DNA of 64,000 nt, taken from contig JBEQAR010000002.1 of the NCBI GenBank assembly GCA_041640295.1, positions 38,101 to 102,100 on the forward strand. Direction: 5' to 3'. The DNA is from a bacterium. GTDB lineage: Bacteria; Patescibacteriota; Minisyncoccia; UBA6257; HR35. A program made the position numbers and the translations under genes. A model generated the notes under the pieces. The model worked only from the letters and a program-made list of their open reading frames with translations, had not been told where the DNA came from and did not search any database. Below, piece after piece: positions 1 to 9,568 of the stretch (the first letter of the stretch is position 1; each line of letters begins with the position of its first letter).

Positions 1-1386
1 ATATAAAAGAACATCAACTGGTTGATTAGGCTCAATATTAAAATCGTTTTTTAAATTCAAGTTAGTATCAAAAGCTGCTAAGTATTTTTTACGTACTCCA
101 CCATAAGAATAAAATCGACCGCCTACAAACAGATTTCTATTATTATCTATTTTTAAAACATTGACTCTATCATTTAATGTAAGATTAAAAGATGTTATTC
201 TACCACCAGAAGTAGCATTAACTGACATTAAATAAAACGGCTCCTGATTATTAAATGAACCGCCAACATATAATCTATTATTAGTTTTGTCTAAAGCTAA
301 AGCTAAAACAGAATCAACATCATTATCATCTTTATTAATAGAAGATGAGAAAGAAGAAATAATTGCTCCAGTGTTAGCATTTAAAGCAGTTAAATAAATT
401 GCCGGTGACGCAAACCTTCCTCCAATATAAAGATAATCATCATTTGTTGTTGGGGTATTAAAATCATTATATTCTAAAGCTAAAACAGCATAGTCTAGAT
501 TATTATTAGCTGGATTAAAACCAGATATACTACTTCCATTCGTTGGATTAAGAGCAGCAATATATTTTGTAGGTGTAGTAAAATAACCACCAACATATAA
601 TTTACTATTATCAGGTGATAAAAGCATTGTCCACACAACATCATTAATTGAAGTAGAGAATGTTTCGTTAATAGTAGAAGTGGCTGAAGTTGAATAGTTA
701 ATACTAGCTAAAAATTTTTTATTCGATGTAATATTGGTTATTAAATTTTTAATCCAAACAAATTGACCGCCAACATACAAAGTATTAGTATTGGGATGAA
801 CAACCAAAGAAAAAACATAATCTTCTGGTTCAAAAGAAAAAGTATTTATTAATTGTGGATTATTAAGATCACTAATATCAATTGCTACTAAATACTTCCG
901 ATTAAAATTTAATACTCGTTCAAAAGCACCTCCGATAAATAATATATTATCTTTTAAAGCCATAGCATAAACAGTATCATCAATACCAAGATTAAAATTA
1001 CAATTTACCCTTCCAGAAGAATCAATATATATTAATTTTGCTATTTGGCAATTACCGACTCTATTGAAATCACCACCAATAAACCAACCACCATTACCAT
1101 CTGAAATAGCTGACCAAACTATGCCATCTATTTTATCAACTAAATCACTAGCTGAACCTTGAGAAGAATTAACAATAAAAGCATTTCCTTTATATGGACC
1201 AAGATAAGTAAAATTACCTCCTATATAAACAGTATTAGTAGCAACCGCAATACTATTTACTGAACCATTTGGTACCCAATTAAAATTAAGTCTATTGTTT
1301 ATAGTTATAGCTAAAATATCTTTTGTTCCCACAAAAGAAAACAACAAGACACCTATAATTAAAATAATAATTTTATTTTTATTCAT
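1..1386 (-). CDS. Secreted beta-propeller repeat surface protein (delta-60/DUF5122-like); runs off the window edge
   Basis: Not in the ORF track. Read by hand from ATG at 1386 (MNKNKIIILIIGVLLFSFVGT..., signal peptide) with no stop before position 1. Recurrent blade motif (L/V)Y(I/V)GGxF, about 8 copies. Confidence 0.75.
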   Translation of the reverse strand, partial: MNKNKIIILIIGVLLFSFVGTKDILAITINNRLNFNWVPNGSVNSIAVATNTVYIGGNFTYLGPYKGNAFIVNSSQGSASDLVDKIDGIVWSAISDGNGGWFIGGDFNRVGNCQIAKLIYIDSSGRVNCNFNLGIDDTVYAMALKDNILFIGGAFERVLNFNRKYLVAIDISDLNNPQLINTFSFEPEDYVFSLVVHPNTNTLYVGGQFVWIKNLITNITSNKKFLASINYSTSATSTINETFSTSINDVVWTMLLSPDNSKLYVGGYFTTPTKYIAALNPTNGSSISGFNPANNNLDYAVLALEYNDFNTPTTNDDYLYIGGRFASPAIYLTALNANTGAIISSFSSSINKDDNDVDSVLALALDKTNNRLYVGGSFNNQEPFYLMSVNATSGGRITSFNLTLNDRVNVLKIDNNRNLFVGGRFYSYGGVRKKYLAAFDTNLNLKNDFNIEPNQPVDVLLY

Positions 1387-1387
1387 T

Positions 1388-2392
1388 TTATTTAAAATAA
1401 GATTTACGAATTTCATTCCAAATCTCATTACTTATTTTTACTTCTTTTTTTAAAAACTCTCTAGCGCTTTGAAAACTACTACCCAATTTTAAATCATTAA
1501 AAAATAAACTTGTTCCTGTTTTTTTAATTACACCCAATTTCTCTCCTAAATTTAATAAATCAGCTTCGTAGGAAATACCATCACCGTAATAAATTTCAAT
1601 TTCCGCTGTTTTAAATGGTGGAGCAACTTTATTTTTTACTACCCTAGCTTTAACTTTAATACCAATAATTTCATCGCCCCTTTTTATTTGACCAATTTTT
1701 TTAAGTTCTATTCTTACTGAAGCATAAAATTTTAATGCTTTTCCACCTGGAGTTGTTTCTTGGGCGCCAATCATTGCTCCTATTTGCGCTCTTGTTTGGT
1801 TTAAAAAAATTAATATCGTTTTTGTTTTTGAAATCAAAGCTGTTAATTTCCTTAAAGCTTGTGATATTAGCCTTGCTTGAAGTCCGATAAAATGATCACC
1901 AATCTCGCCCTCTAATTCAGCCTTAGGTGCTAAAGCAGCTACTGAATCAACAACAATTACATCAAATAAGCCAGACTTGACTAATCTTTCAACTAAATTT
2001 AAAGCATCTTCGCCAGAATCTGGTTGAGAAATAATTATTTTTTTAATATCAACGCCAATTCTTTTAGCGTATTCAGGATCAAGCGCATGTTCAGCATCGA
2101 TAAATGCCACATTTCCTCCCCTTTTTTGAGCTTCAGCAATTGTTTCTAAAGCTAAAGTAGATTTACCACTTGATTCTGGACCAAAAATTTCTATTATTCT
2201 TCCTCTGGGTAAACCACCAACTCCTAAAGCTAAGTCTAATGATGGTGAACCAGTTGAAATTACTTCAACATTAACTTTAGGAACAGACTCTAATGTCATT
2301 ACAGTTCCTTCACCAAATTCTTTTTGTAATTCTTGGAGTAAACTTTCTAAATTTTCTTTTCTATTTTCTTTTTCTGCTTTCTTTTTGTTCAT
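1388..2392 (-). CDS. recA: Recombinase RecA
   Basis: GPESSGKST Walker A, DSVAAL, and GGKALKFYASVR signature. Confidence 0.98.
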   Translation of the reverse strand: MNKKKAEKENRKENLESLLQELQKEFGEGTVMTLESVPKVNVEVISTGSPSLDLALGVGGLPRGRIIEIFGPESSGKSTLALETIAEAQKRGGNVAFIDAEHALDPEYAKRIGVDIKKIIISQPDSGEDALNLVERLVKSGLFDVIVVDSVAALAPKAELEGEIGDHFIGLQARLISQALRKLTALISKTKTILIFLNQTRAQIGAMIGAQETTPGGKALKFYASVRIELKKIGQIKRGDEIIGIKVKARVVKNKVAPPFKTAEIEIYYGDGISYEADLLNLGEKLGVIKKTGTSLFFNDLKLGSSFQSAREFLKKEVKISNEIWNEIRKSYFK

Positions 2393-2425
2393 ATTTAAAA
2401 ATTTTAAGTTAAATTATTTATAAAA

Positions 2426-2836
2426 TTAAAATTGAATATCCCAAATATTTCCTTCCTGATCAATATTGGTTTCAAAATCTTTAAATTCCTCTGTAGTTTC
2501 TTCTTCTATTGTTTTCGGACCAAAAGTTACATTTTCAGCAATAATTTCAGTGATAAATTTTTTTTGCCCATCAGGAGTAAGCCAATTACGATAATGAATT
2601 CTACCTTCAACAAAAATTAACCTCCCCTTGGTTAAATAATTTTTACATATCTCAGCTAATTTTCCCCAAGCGATTACTCGATGAAATTCTGTTTCATTGA
2701 CTTCCTGGTTATTTCTATCGCGGTAGTTGCGATTAGTCGCAATATTTAAAACTGCTATTTGATTTCCTGTTGGAGCAATTCGAAAATCAACTTCTTTAAC
2801 TAATCTACCTATTAAAAATACTTTATTTAGATTCAT
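2426..2836 (-). CDS. ssb: Single-stranded DNA-binding protein
   Basis: MNLNKVFLIGRL OB-fold start and acidic tail ending DIQF; ATG at 2836. Confidence 0.95.
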   Translation of the reverse strand: MNLNKVFLIGRLVKEVDFRIAPTGNQIAVLNIATNRNYRDRNNQEVNETEFHRVIAWGKLAEICKNYLTKGRLIFVEGRIHYRNWLTPDGQKKFITEIIAENVTFGPKTIEEETTEEFKDFETNIDQEGNIWDIQF

Positions 2837-3146
2837 GAGCAATTGGTTGTTCTTTGGGAATAAATGCCTTTCTTTTGATTATAATAAATCTTAAAATATT
2901 AGCAATCTTTAGTAATTCTTGATTAATAATAGCTAAATTTTCTTTTTGTTCAATTTTAAAAATAATATACCCAAAATAACCAATCCTTTGTTTATTAATT
3001 GGATAGGCTAAATTCCGTTTTTTGGGTGATTCTTCAAAAATAATTTCAGCATTGTTGCTTGACAAAACTTTTTTGATTCTTTCTAAATCTTCATTAGTTT
3101 GACTTTCAATTTTTAACCAATAGCCTAATTCATAAATGTTTTTCAT
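2823..3146 (-). CDS. rpsF: 30S ribosomal protein bS6
   Basis: YEL...KRNLAYPINK...GYF...ILRFII pattern; sits upstream of ssb. Start reassigned to ATG at 3146. Confidence 0.9.
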   Translation of the reverse strand: MKNIYELGYWLKIESQTNEDLERIKKVLSSNNAEIIFEESPKKRNLAYPINKQRIGYFGYIIFKIEQKENLAIINQELLKIANILRFIIIKRKAFIPKEQPIAHESK

Positions 3147-3209
3147 TTCTAGAAGATCTAAATTTTTTTTAAAATTAAATTTTTTAAAATTAAATTTAAA
3201 ATTCAAAAA

Positions 3210-3324
3210 GCTTTGCGGTACCTACTCTCGCGCCTTATCGGCACTACCATCGGCGCTAAGCCGTTTCACCTGCTTGTTCGGAATGGGTAAGGGTGTTTCC
3301 AGCTTAGCTATGCAACCACAAAGC
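3210..3324 (-). rRNA. rrf: 5S rRNA (stand-alone)
   Basis: GC-rich island; minus strand contains CCCATTCCGAAC and GATGGTAGTG...GCGAGAGTAGG; the ends pair (GCTTTGTGG / CCGCAAAGC). Confidence 0.95.
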
Positions 3325-3339
3325 AATTTAATTATAAAA

Positions 3340-3765
3340 TTAAAATAATTTTTTTTCAAATATAATACTTTTTACTAATTTATCAGCTAATTTATTTTCT
3401 TCCCGAGGAATAATTTTTATTTCTAATAAAGGAAAATCAATTTTTAAATTCCAAAACTTAATAAATAATTTTTGTAATCTTTCCTCTTTTATTTTATATT
3501 TACCTAATAACTGATTACCAACCAATTCACTATCTAAATGAATAATTATTTTATTTGTTTTTATTTCCTTTTTCCCAAGAAGTTGTTTTAATTTTTTAAG
3601 AGCAAAGATAACCGCCAAATACTCCGCTTCATTATTGGTGATATTTTCTACCCTAACTTTATATAATTTATTTTTATTATTAATCATAATCACTACTCCC
3701 AACGCACCAATTCCATTTTCATTAATTACACCACCATCGGTCCAAACTTTTATTTCTTTTACCAT
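3340..3765 (-). CDS. rnhA: Ribonuclease HI family protein
   Basis: TDGG, TNNEAEY, DSELV and PREENKLADKL motifs. Confidence 0.9.
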   Translation of the reverse strand: MVKEIKVWTDGGVINENGIGALGVVIMINNKNKLYKVRVENITNNEAEYLAVIFALKKLKQLLGKKEIKTNKIIIHLDSELVGNQLLGKYKIKEERLQKLFIKFWNLKIDFPLLEIKIIPREENKLADKLVKSIIFEKKLF

Positions 3766-4406
3766 TATTTCTTTTTGTTAATAAATTCCCTTAAGGGACA
3801 ATTTTTATGAGAGCAACGAGCCGGGCAATATTTTCTGCCATAATCAATTAATTTATATGGTAAATCACCCCATCTATTTTTAGGAATAATTTTCATTAAA
3901 TCTTGTTCGATTTTATCTGGATTAGAATGCTGACTTAAGCCGAAAAGCCTGCTTAATCTTCTGATATGAGTATCAACAGGAAAACCCTCAGCTTTTCTAT
4001 AAGCCTGCCACAAAATAATATTAGCAGTTTTTCTTCCTACCCCTGGTAATTTGATTAATTCATCAATTGTTTTAGGAAGTTTACCTTGATATTTTTCTTG
4101 AATAATTTTTGCTGCGGTTAAAATATATTTTGCTTTTTGTTTATATAAACCTAAACGACTAATATCTCGCGCAAATTCCTCTTCGTTTGCTTTCAGATAG
4201 TCTTTTAATGTTTTGTATTTTTGAAATAACTTTTCAGTAACTTGATTAACTACTTCATCTCGATTGCGAGCCGAAAGAACAACAGCTACAAATAATTCCC
4301 AAGGATTAGAAAATTTAAGAGCGATTTTGCTTGATGGAAAAAGTTTATCTAACTTTTGAATAATTTTTTTTGCTTTAATCTTTAAATTATTTAAAGAGGT
4401 ATTCAT
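3765..4406 (-). CDS. nth: Endonuclease III (HhH-GPD glycosylase)
   Basis: LPGVGRKTAN helix-hairpin-helix, VDTH, and C-terminal Cys cluster. Confidence 0.93.
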   Translation of the reverse strand: MNTSLNNLKIKAKKIIQKLDKLFPSSKIALKFSNPWELFVAVVLSARNRDEVVNQVTEKLFQKYKTLKDYLKANEEEFARDISRLGLYKQKAKYILTAAKIIQEKYQGKLPKTIDELIKLPGVGRKTANIILWQAYRKAEGFPVDTHIRRLSRLFGLSQHSNPDKIEQDLMKIIPKNRWGDLPYKLIDYGRKYCPARCSHKNCPLREFINKKK

Positions 4407-4417
4407 TGTAATCTAAC

Positions 4418-4612
4418 TTAAATTTTGTGAGTTTTTAGAACTTCTAAGATATTTTTTATTTGCTCTTCTTTTTGTTGATGTAATTTTCGCCACAACTCTT
4501 TACACTTTTTACAATTACCAGCATCTTTTAAATAATATTTCTTTATTCGCCACAAACTTCGATGTTCTTGGGTAAGCTGAGAAATAAGATTATAGATGTG
4601 ATTATTGTGCAT
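4418..4612 (-). CDS. Small helical hypothetical protein (ferritin-like half unit with CxxC)
   Basis: YNLISQLTQEHRSLWRI...YLKDA.NC..C. Confidence 0.65.
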   Translation of the reverse strand: MHNNHIYNLISQLTQEHRSLWRIKKYYLKDAGNCKKCKELWRKLHQQKEEQIKNILEVLKTHKI

Positions 4613-4651
4613 AGAAATAATAATAAAATTAATTACGACCTAAATTTAATT

Positions 4652-5587
4652 TTAAACTTTTTTCCAAGAAGTTGTTACTCCCCAAATTCCATCTTCGTAT
4701 TGAACTATTTGATAATCTTGAAACAAAATTGGTTCAACTAATGCTAAACAAAGAAAAATTCTAAAAAATAATTCCCTTATTTCTGTTTCTGCATAATTAT
4801 TAGCCCTCATTTCAATAGTATGTCGCCAGGCACGAATATTGGCAGTTACTACAATTGGTGCTTCGGTTTCGTTAGTAAATAAACTGCGCGCCGTTTGATT
4901 AATTTTTTTTCTTAATTCTGTTTGTAAATGTTTATCATCATCTTTTGTCGAAGGATTTAAAATTTTCAACTCCTCTCTTTTTTCTTGTAAAAGATCATAA
5001 AGTTTTTGGTATTCGTTTTTAATCCGATCAATTCTTTCTTCAAATAATCGGTGTAAATTTTCATCTTTTTGAAATTCAGGTCTTTCAACAAATCTAATTA
5101 ATTTACCAGAAACATATCTTTGACTTTGCTGAGAATAAGCAAAGCCAGCGCGATGCCTAACTAATTCATGCGTTAAACTTCTTGAAACTCCATAAAGCAA
5201 AAAAGTATAATAACTATGCTCTAAAACTGAGCCATGACCAGAAGACATAATGTTTTCAAAATATTTATCAGCATCTTTATTCCAAGTTCTTTTAGGGCCA
5301 AAAGACATATAACAAAGTTGTGCGGAAAATTTAATTAATTGCGTGCCATTAGTTAATTGATCAGGATCATTTAAATAATTTTCAAATTCATTTTGATAAC
5401 CAGCTAAAAATTCTTTAACATTTTCTAATTTGATTTCAGGCTTAGCAATCATTATTACTCCAGGTTGCTTTAAGTAAGGAGTACCATTTTGAGTAAAATA
5501 AACTTTTGAATTAATAACTGGAAAACCATCAATCAATTTTCCACCCAATGATTCAAATAAATTTTTAATTTGCGTTTTCGTGTTCAT
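4652..5587 (-). CDS. thyX: FAD-dependent thymidylate synthase
   Basis: GHGSVLEH and RHRAGFAYSQQSQRY ThyX motif. Confidence 0.95.
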   Translation of the reverse strand: MNTKTQIKNLFESLGGKLIDGFPVINSKVYFTQNGTPYLKQPGVIMIAKPEIKLENVKEFLAGYQNEFENYLNDPDQLTNGTQLIKFSAQLCYMSFGPKRTWNKDADKYFENIMSSGHGSVLEHSYYTFLLYGVSRSLTHELVRHRAGFAYSQQSQRYVSGKLIRFVERPEFQKDENLHRLFEERIDRIKNEYQKLYDLLQEKREELKILNPSTKDDDKHLQTELRKKINQTARSLFTNETEAPIVVTANIRAWRHTIEMRANNYAETEIRELFFRIFLCLALVEPILFQDYQIVQYEDGIWGVTTSWKKV

Positions 5588-5693
5588 TTTATTAACTTCT
5601 TTTCAATTATAATCTTATTGCTTATAATTTAAATCTTAAAATAGAAAATTAAAATATACAAATTTTAAAATTTTAATATTCAAATTTTAAACA

Positions 5694-6254
5694 ATGAATA
5701 ATTTTAGAGAAAAAGCTTTACAACTTATTGATCAATATATCAATAACGAAAATTTAAAAAAACATCTTTTAGCAACTGAAGCCTTGATGAAAGCTTTAGC
5801 AAAAAAATTTAATCAGGATGAAATACTTTGGGGTTTAGCTGGTTTACTTCATGATTTAGATTGGGAAATAACCAAAGAAACCCCAGAAAAACATCCATTT
5901 GTAGCTGTTGAAATTTTGGAAAGAGAGAAATTTCCTGAAGAAATTATTTCTGCTATTAAAAAACATAATCATATTCACAATTTAGTACCAGAAACATTAC
6001 TTGAAAAAGCTCTTTATTGTTGCGAAGAAATAACAGGTTTAATTGTTGCTGTTGCTTTGGTAATGCCCAATAAAAAATTATCTGAAGTAACTGTTGATAA
6101 AATAATGTCAAAATTTAAAGAGAATTCCTTTGCTCGAGGGGTTAATCGTGAAATAATAAAACAATGTCAACCTATGTTAGGAATTACTGTTGAAGAATTA
6201 AGCCAAATAGCCCTATCTGCAATGCAATCAATAAGCGATCAATTAGGCTTATAA
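5694..6254 (+). CDS. HD/HDIG domain phosphohydrolase
   Basis: KHLLATEA...GLLHDLD...FARGVNRE. Confidence 0.88.
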   Translation: MNNFREKALQLIDQYINNENLKKHLLATEALMKALAKKFNQDEILWGLAGLLHDLDWEITKETPEKHPFVAVEILEREKFPEEIISAIKKHNHIHNLVPETLLEKALYCCEEITGLIVAVALVMPNKKLSEVTVDKIMSKFKENSFARGVNREIIKQCQPMLGITVEELSQIALSAMQSISDQLGL

Positions 6255-6255
6255 G

Positions 6256-6264
6256 TTATCCACA
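6256..6264 (+). promoter_or_regulatory. Perfect DnaA box (TTATCCACA)
   Basis: Exact consensus in the intergenic region upstream of the 6342 gene. Confidence 0.55.
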
Positions 6265-6341
6265 AATTTTTATGTTGACTAAAATTAAATTTATTATTAA
6301 AATTTTACTAATTAAATCAAAACCAAATTAATTAAGCAAAT

Positions 6342-8129
6342 ATGAGCAAAATAAGAATATCTACAATTTATCCGGTTTTATTATTATTTACTTTTTTAAT
6401 ATTATCTAATTCCCTACAAGCTCAAACTATTCCTATGTGCTCTGCTCCCCAAAATTTACTTATTTGGCCTAATATGGCAACAAACACTATACCAGTGGCA
6501 TTAAGTTCTGGTGTTTTAACTAATTCACCAATTACTTATGCGTCTACAACTATTTTTTATGCGGGACAAAGAAGAGATACGGCCGAATTGATTAGAATTG
6601 GAAATTCTGTAAATATATGGAGTAGTAAAGCTACATCGAGAGGAAATAATTGGAGTAATTGGTTAAGGGTAAACTGGGGAGGGATAACTGTGAATGGTCC
6701 CAGAAGAAACTATCATAGTGGTGGTTCAATAACTTTTTTAGATGATTCAACTAGTACTGATAAGTTATTCTTAAATTATTTTACTATTGCTAATCATCCA
6801 TCGTATATGTATTGGCAAACAGAACTTGGAAATCAAAATGTTCCAATAGATGAACCATTATTCCATAATCCAATGAGTTCCGAATATGGTAACTTAAGAT
6901 TCTTCTACTCTGAATACAATCCTACAAATGAATCTATCAGGGGAAGGTTAGGAAGAGATATCCCGCCAGGAAATTATATATATAAAAATTTAATGACACT
7001 AACTTGGGATGGAAGGTTGCTTATTGGAACAACAACCAGAATTGGTTCTACAGGTAGTAATTTGGGAGTTAAAATAGAAGCAGATGATACAAGCAGATTT
7101 GCTGATCATATTAAAATTAACGCAGATATACCTTCTAATGCCACTAATCCCTGGTTTGGTTTTTCTGGTTCAGGATTGGGTCATCATCGAGGAGGTATAG
7201 CATTTAAAAATACAGGTGGTCGCAATGATCCAAGGGGAGATGTAGTTATTTGGGCAAGAAAGGGTGGCAATATAATATTAAATCCAGGAAATTCAATAGG
7301 TTCACAATTAACAACAGAATCAAATGGTAATGTGGGCATAGGAACAGATAATCCAACTGAAAAATTAGAAGTAGTTGGAAATATCAAAGCTAGTGGTTTT
7401 TGTCTTGGTAATGATTGTCGAACTACTTGGTCAGGTGCAGGTACATCTTATTGGATATTATCATTATCAGGAATAAATCTATATGCTACTCCAACTAATG
7501 TTAGAGTAGGTATTGGAACAACTAATCCAACAGAAAGATTGCATGTTATAGGAAATATTAAAGCAACAGGGACAATTTCAGCTGATACAATGCTATCTAG
7601 CGGCGGAAGCCTTAGAGTAAATTATGGTGCTAACCTAGCAATAAATGGAGGCAATGTGGGTATCGGTACCACTAACCCCCAAGCTAAATTACATGTTATA
7701 GGAGATATTAAATCTTCAGCAACAATCACTGCTCCGGTATTTTGTATAGGAAATAGCTGTCGTTCATCTTGGCCAGTTGGTGGCGGAGGAAGTATTAATG
7801 GTACAGCAAATTATATTGCTAAGTTTGCTAATAACAGTACTGTTATTAACTCTCAAATATTTGATAATGGAACCAATGTCGGCATCGGAACAACTAATCC
7901 AAGTGCTAAATTAGATGTTAATGGAGCAATAGCTGTTAAGAATGGTATTTATTTTTATGATAGTGGAATTAAAACTATTAATAGTGGATATGAAAATAGC
8001 AATATTTCTATTCAGGTCTCAAGCATAGAAAAAATTAACATTTCAAGAAATTATTTAGATTTAAAAGGAGAAACTAGAATTTATTCTTCTGATGGTTCAA
8101 GATTAATTTTAGGTATTAGCGAAGAATAA
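6342..8129 (+). CDS. Secreted fibre/adhesin-like protein with GNVGIGTTNP repeats
   Basis: Signal peptide; four xxVGIGTxNP repeats; two FCxGNxCRxxW repeats. Confidence 0.75.
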   Translation: MSKIRISTIYPVLLLFTFLILSNSLQAQTIPMCSAPQNLLIWPNMATNTIPVALSSGVLTNSPITYASTTIFYAGQRRDTAELIRIGNSVNIWSSKATSRGNNWSNWLRVNWGGITVNGPRRNYHSGGSITFLDDSTSTDKLFLNYFTIANHPSYMYWQTELGNQNVPIDEPLFHNPMSSEYGNLRFFYSEYNPTNESIRGRLGRDIPPGNYIYKNLMTLTWDGRLLIGTTTRIGSTGSNLGVKIEADDTSRFADHIKINADIPSNATNPWFGFSGSGLGHHRGGIAFKNTGGRNDPRGDVVIWARKGGNIILNPGNSIGSQLTTESNGNVGIGTDNPTEKLEVVGNIKASGFCLGNDCRTTWSGAGTSYWILSLSGINLYATPTNVRVGIGTTNPTERLHVIGNIKATGTISADTMLSSGGSLRVNYGANLAINGGNVGIGTTNPQAKLHVIGDIKSSATITAPVFCIGNSCRSSWPVGGGGSINGTANYIAKFANNSTVINSQIFDNGTNVGIGTTNPSAKLDVNGAIAVKNGIYFYDSGIKTINSGYENSNISIQVSSIEKINISRNYLDLKGETRIYSSDGSRLILGISEE

Positions 8130-8830
8130 TGTTTAAAAAAATTAGTGATATTATTTTTGAAAAAAGATTAGTAATTTTAGTGTTATGCTTAATGATTTCT
8201 TTATTATTATTCTTTTCTGCTTATAGCCAAGGACAAACGAGATTTACTGTTTTTAAGACAGATAATCGAGGGTTTAAGTTTATATTTAAAAACAACACAG
8301 TTTATACTCCAGCCTTATATGTAGCTGATATTGGATTAGGAACCTTTTTTAAGGTGCCAGGTTATTTATATATTCAAGAAATAGGCATAAACAACAGAAA
8401 CTCAAGCCAGGTAAGATGCGAATGTGATATAACCGATACAAATGTTGATTGCCCGGCTTATTATTATACTATTAATAACATGGGGCCAGTATGTTATGAT
8501 TGGTATAGAAGAGAAATAGCACAAGATCCGGTAGCCGCTAAATTTAATAAATATAACCAAAATGAGGGATTCTATGGAAGTTTTTTAAGGGTAGGTTGGG
8601 ATGGGAAGGTTGGTATATTGGGTGATTTGATAGTTGAAAAGAATGAAAACAATGATTGCGTTTGGATCCCAGGACCTGAAGAAAACAATTATAGAGATAT
8701 AGATGTAGTAAGCGGTGTAGCAGAAACAATATGTCCGTCAGGTTATTTTATGAAGGGAATTAGATTTAGGGGTTCATCGCGAGATGTTAACTCATTGGAT
8801 ATGTGGAGTATTCAGTGTTGTAAATTGTAA
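8129..8830 (+). CDS. Membrane-anchored Cys-rich surface protein (tip-adhesin-like C-terminus)
   Basis: N-terminal hydrophobic helix; C-terminal CPSGYFMKG...CCKL; TAATG-coupled to the upstream gene. Confidence 0.65.
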   Translation: MFKKISDIIFEKRLVILVLCLMISLLLFFSAYSQGQTRFTVFKTDNRGFKFIFKNNTVYTPALYVADIGLGTFFKVPGYLYIQEIGINNRNSSQVRCECDITDTNVDCPAYYYTINNMGPVCYDWYRREIAQDPVAAKFNKYNQNEGFYGSFLRVGWDGKVGILGDLIVEKNENNDCVWIPGPEENNYRDIDVVSGVAETICPSGYFMKGIRFRGSSRDVNSLDMWSIQCCKL

Positions 8831-8891
8831 ATTATTCTAAAAATAATTTAAAATTTTTTTAACTATAATTAACTCTAAATATAAATAAAAC

Positions 8892-9380
8892 CTGTTCGAT
8901 CCTAAATTAAATAAGTTAAAATTAAACAAAGTTAGGTTAATTGATGAAAGTGGAAAACAAATAGGTATTTTAGATTTTAGTGAAGCAAAAAAAATTGCTG
9001 AAGAAAAAAATACCGGACTTATTTTAGTTTCAGAAAAAGCTGATCCACCTGTTTTGAAATTAGGCGATTATTTTAAATATATTTATAATTTAAAAAAAAG
9101 ACAAAAAGATAAAGATATTTCCGAAATTAAAGAAATCAGAATTAGTTTTCAGGAGGCTGAGGGTGATTTAAGAAGAAAAGCAAAACAAGCTGAAGAGTTT
9201 TTACAAGAAGGCGATCAAGTAAGAATTAGAATGATGTTAAAAGGTAGGCAAATGTTACACCTTAATTTAGCTGAAGAAAAAATGAATCAATTTATTAGTT
9301 TTATCGAAATACCGATTAAAATTATTTCTACGATTAAAAAAACTGGCAATAATTTATTCGTTATTATTAGTAAAAAATGA
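8892..9380 (+). CDS. infC: Translation initiation factor IF-3 (non-canonical start, probably CTG)
   Basis: In-frame upstream extension VRLIDESGKQIGI...EAKKIA...PPVLKLGDYFKY. In-frame TAA at 8886, then CTG at 8892. Followed by rpmI. Confidence 0.92.
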   Translation: MFDPKLNKLKLNKVRLIDESGKQIGILDFSEAKKIAEEKNTGLILVSEKADPPVLKLGDYFKYIYNLKKRQKDKDISEIKEIRISFQEAEGDLRRKAKQAEEFLQEGDQVRIRMMLKGRQMLHLNLAEEKMNQFISFIEIPIKIISTIKKTGNNLFVIISKK

Positions 9381-9556
9381 AAAAGAGAGATGCGCTTTTA
9401 AAAAGAATAAAAATAACTAAGAAAGGAAAGATCTTAAGAAGAGTTAGTGGACTTTCTCATTTTTTAGCTAAAAAATCATCAAAAAAAATTAGAAAGAAAA
9501 GAAAATTAAAAGAAACTAAAGATTTATATTTAAGATATCTTGAATATACAAATTAA
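9377..9556 (+). CDS. rpmI: 50S ribosomal protein bL35
   Basis: Hand translation MKKRDALLKRIKITKKGKILRRVSGLSHFLAKK; follows infC. Confidence 0.9.
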   Translation: MKKRDALLKRIKITKKGKILRRVSGLSHFLAKKSSKKIRKKRKLKETKDLYLRYLEYTN

Positions 9557-9568
9557 AATAACCCTAAA

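Noticed and set aside
3136-3348. 70-aa plus-strand ORF
   Set aside because: It is antisense to the 5S rRNA gene.
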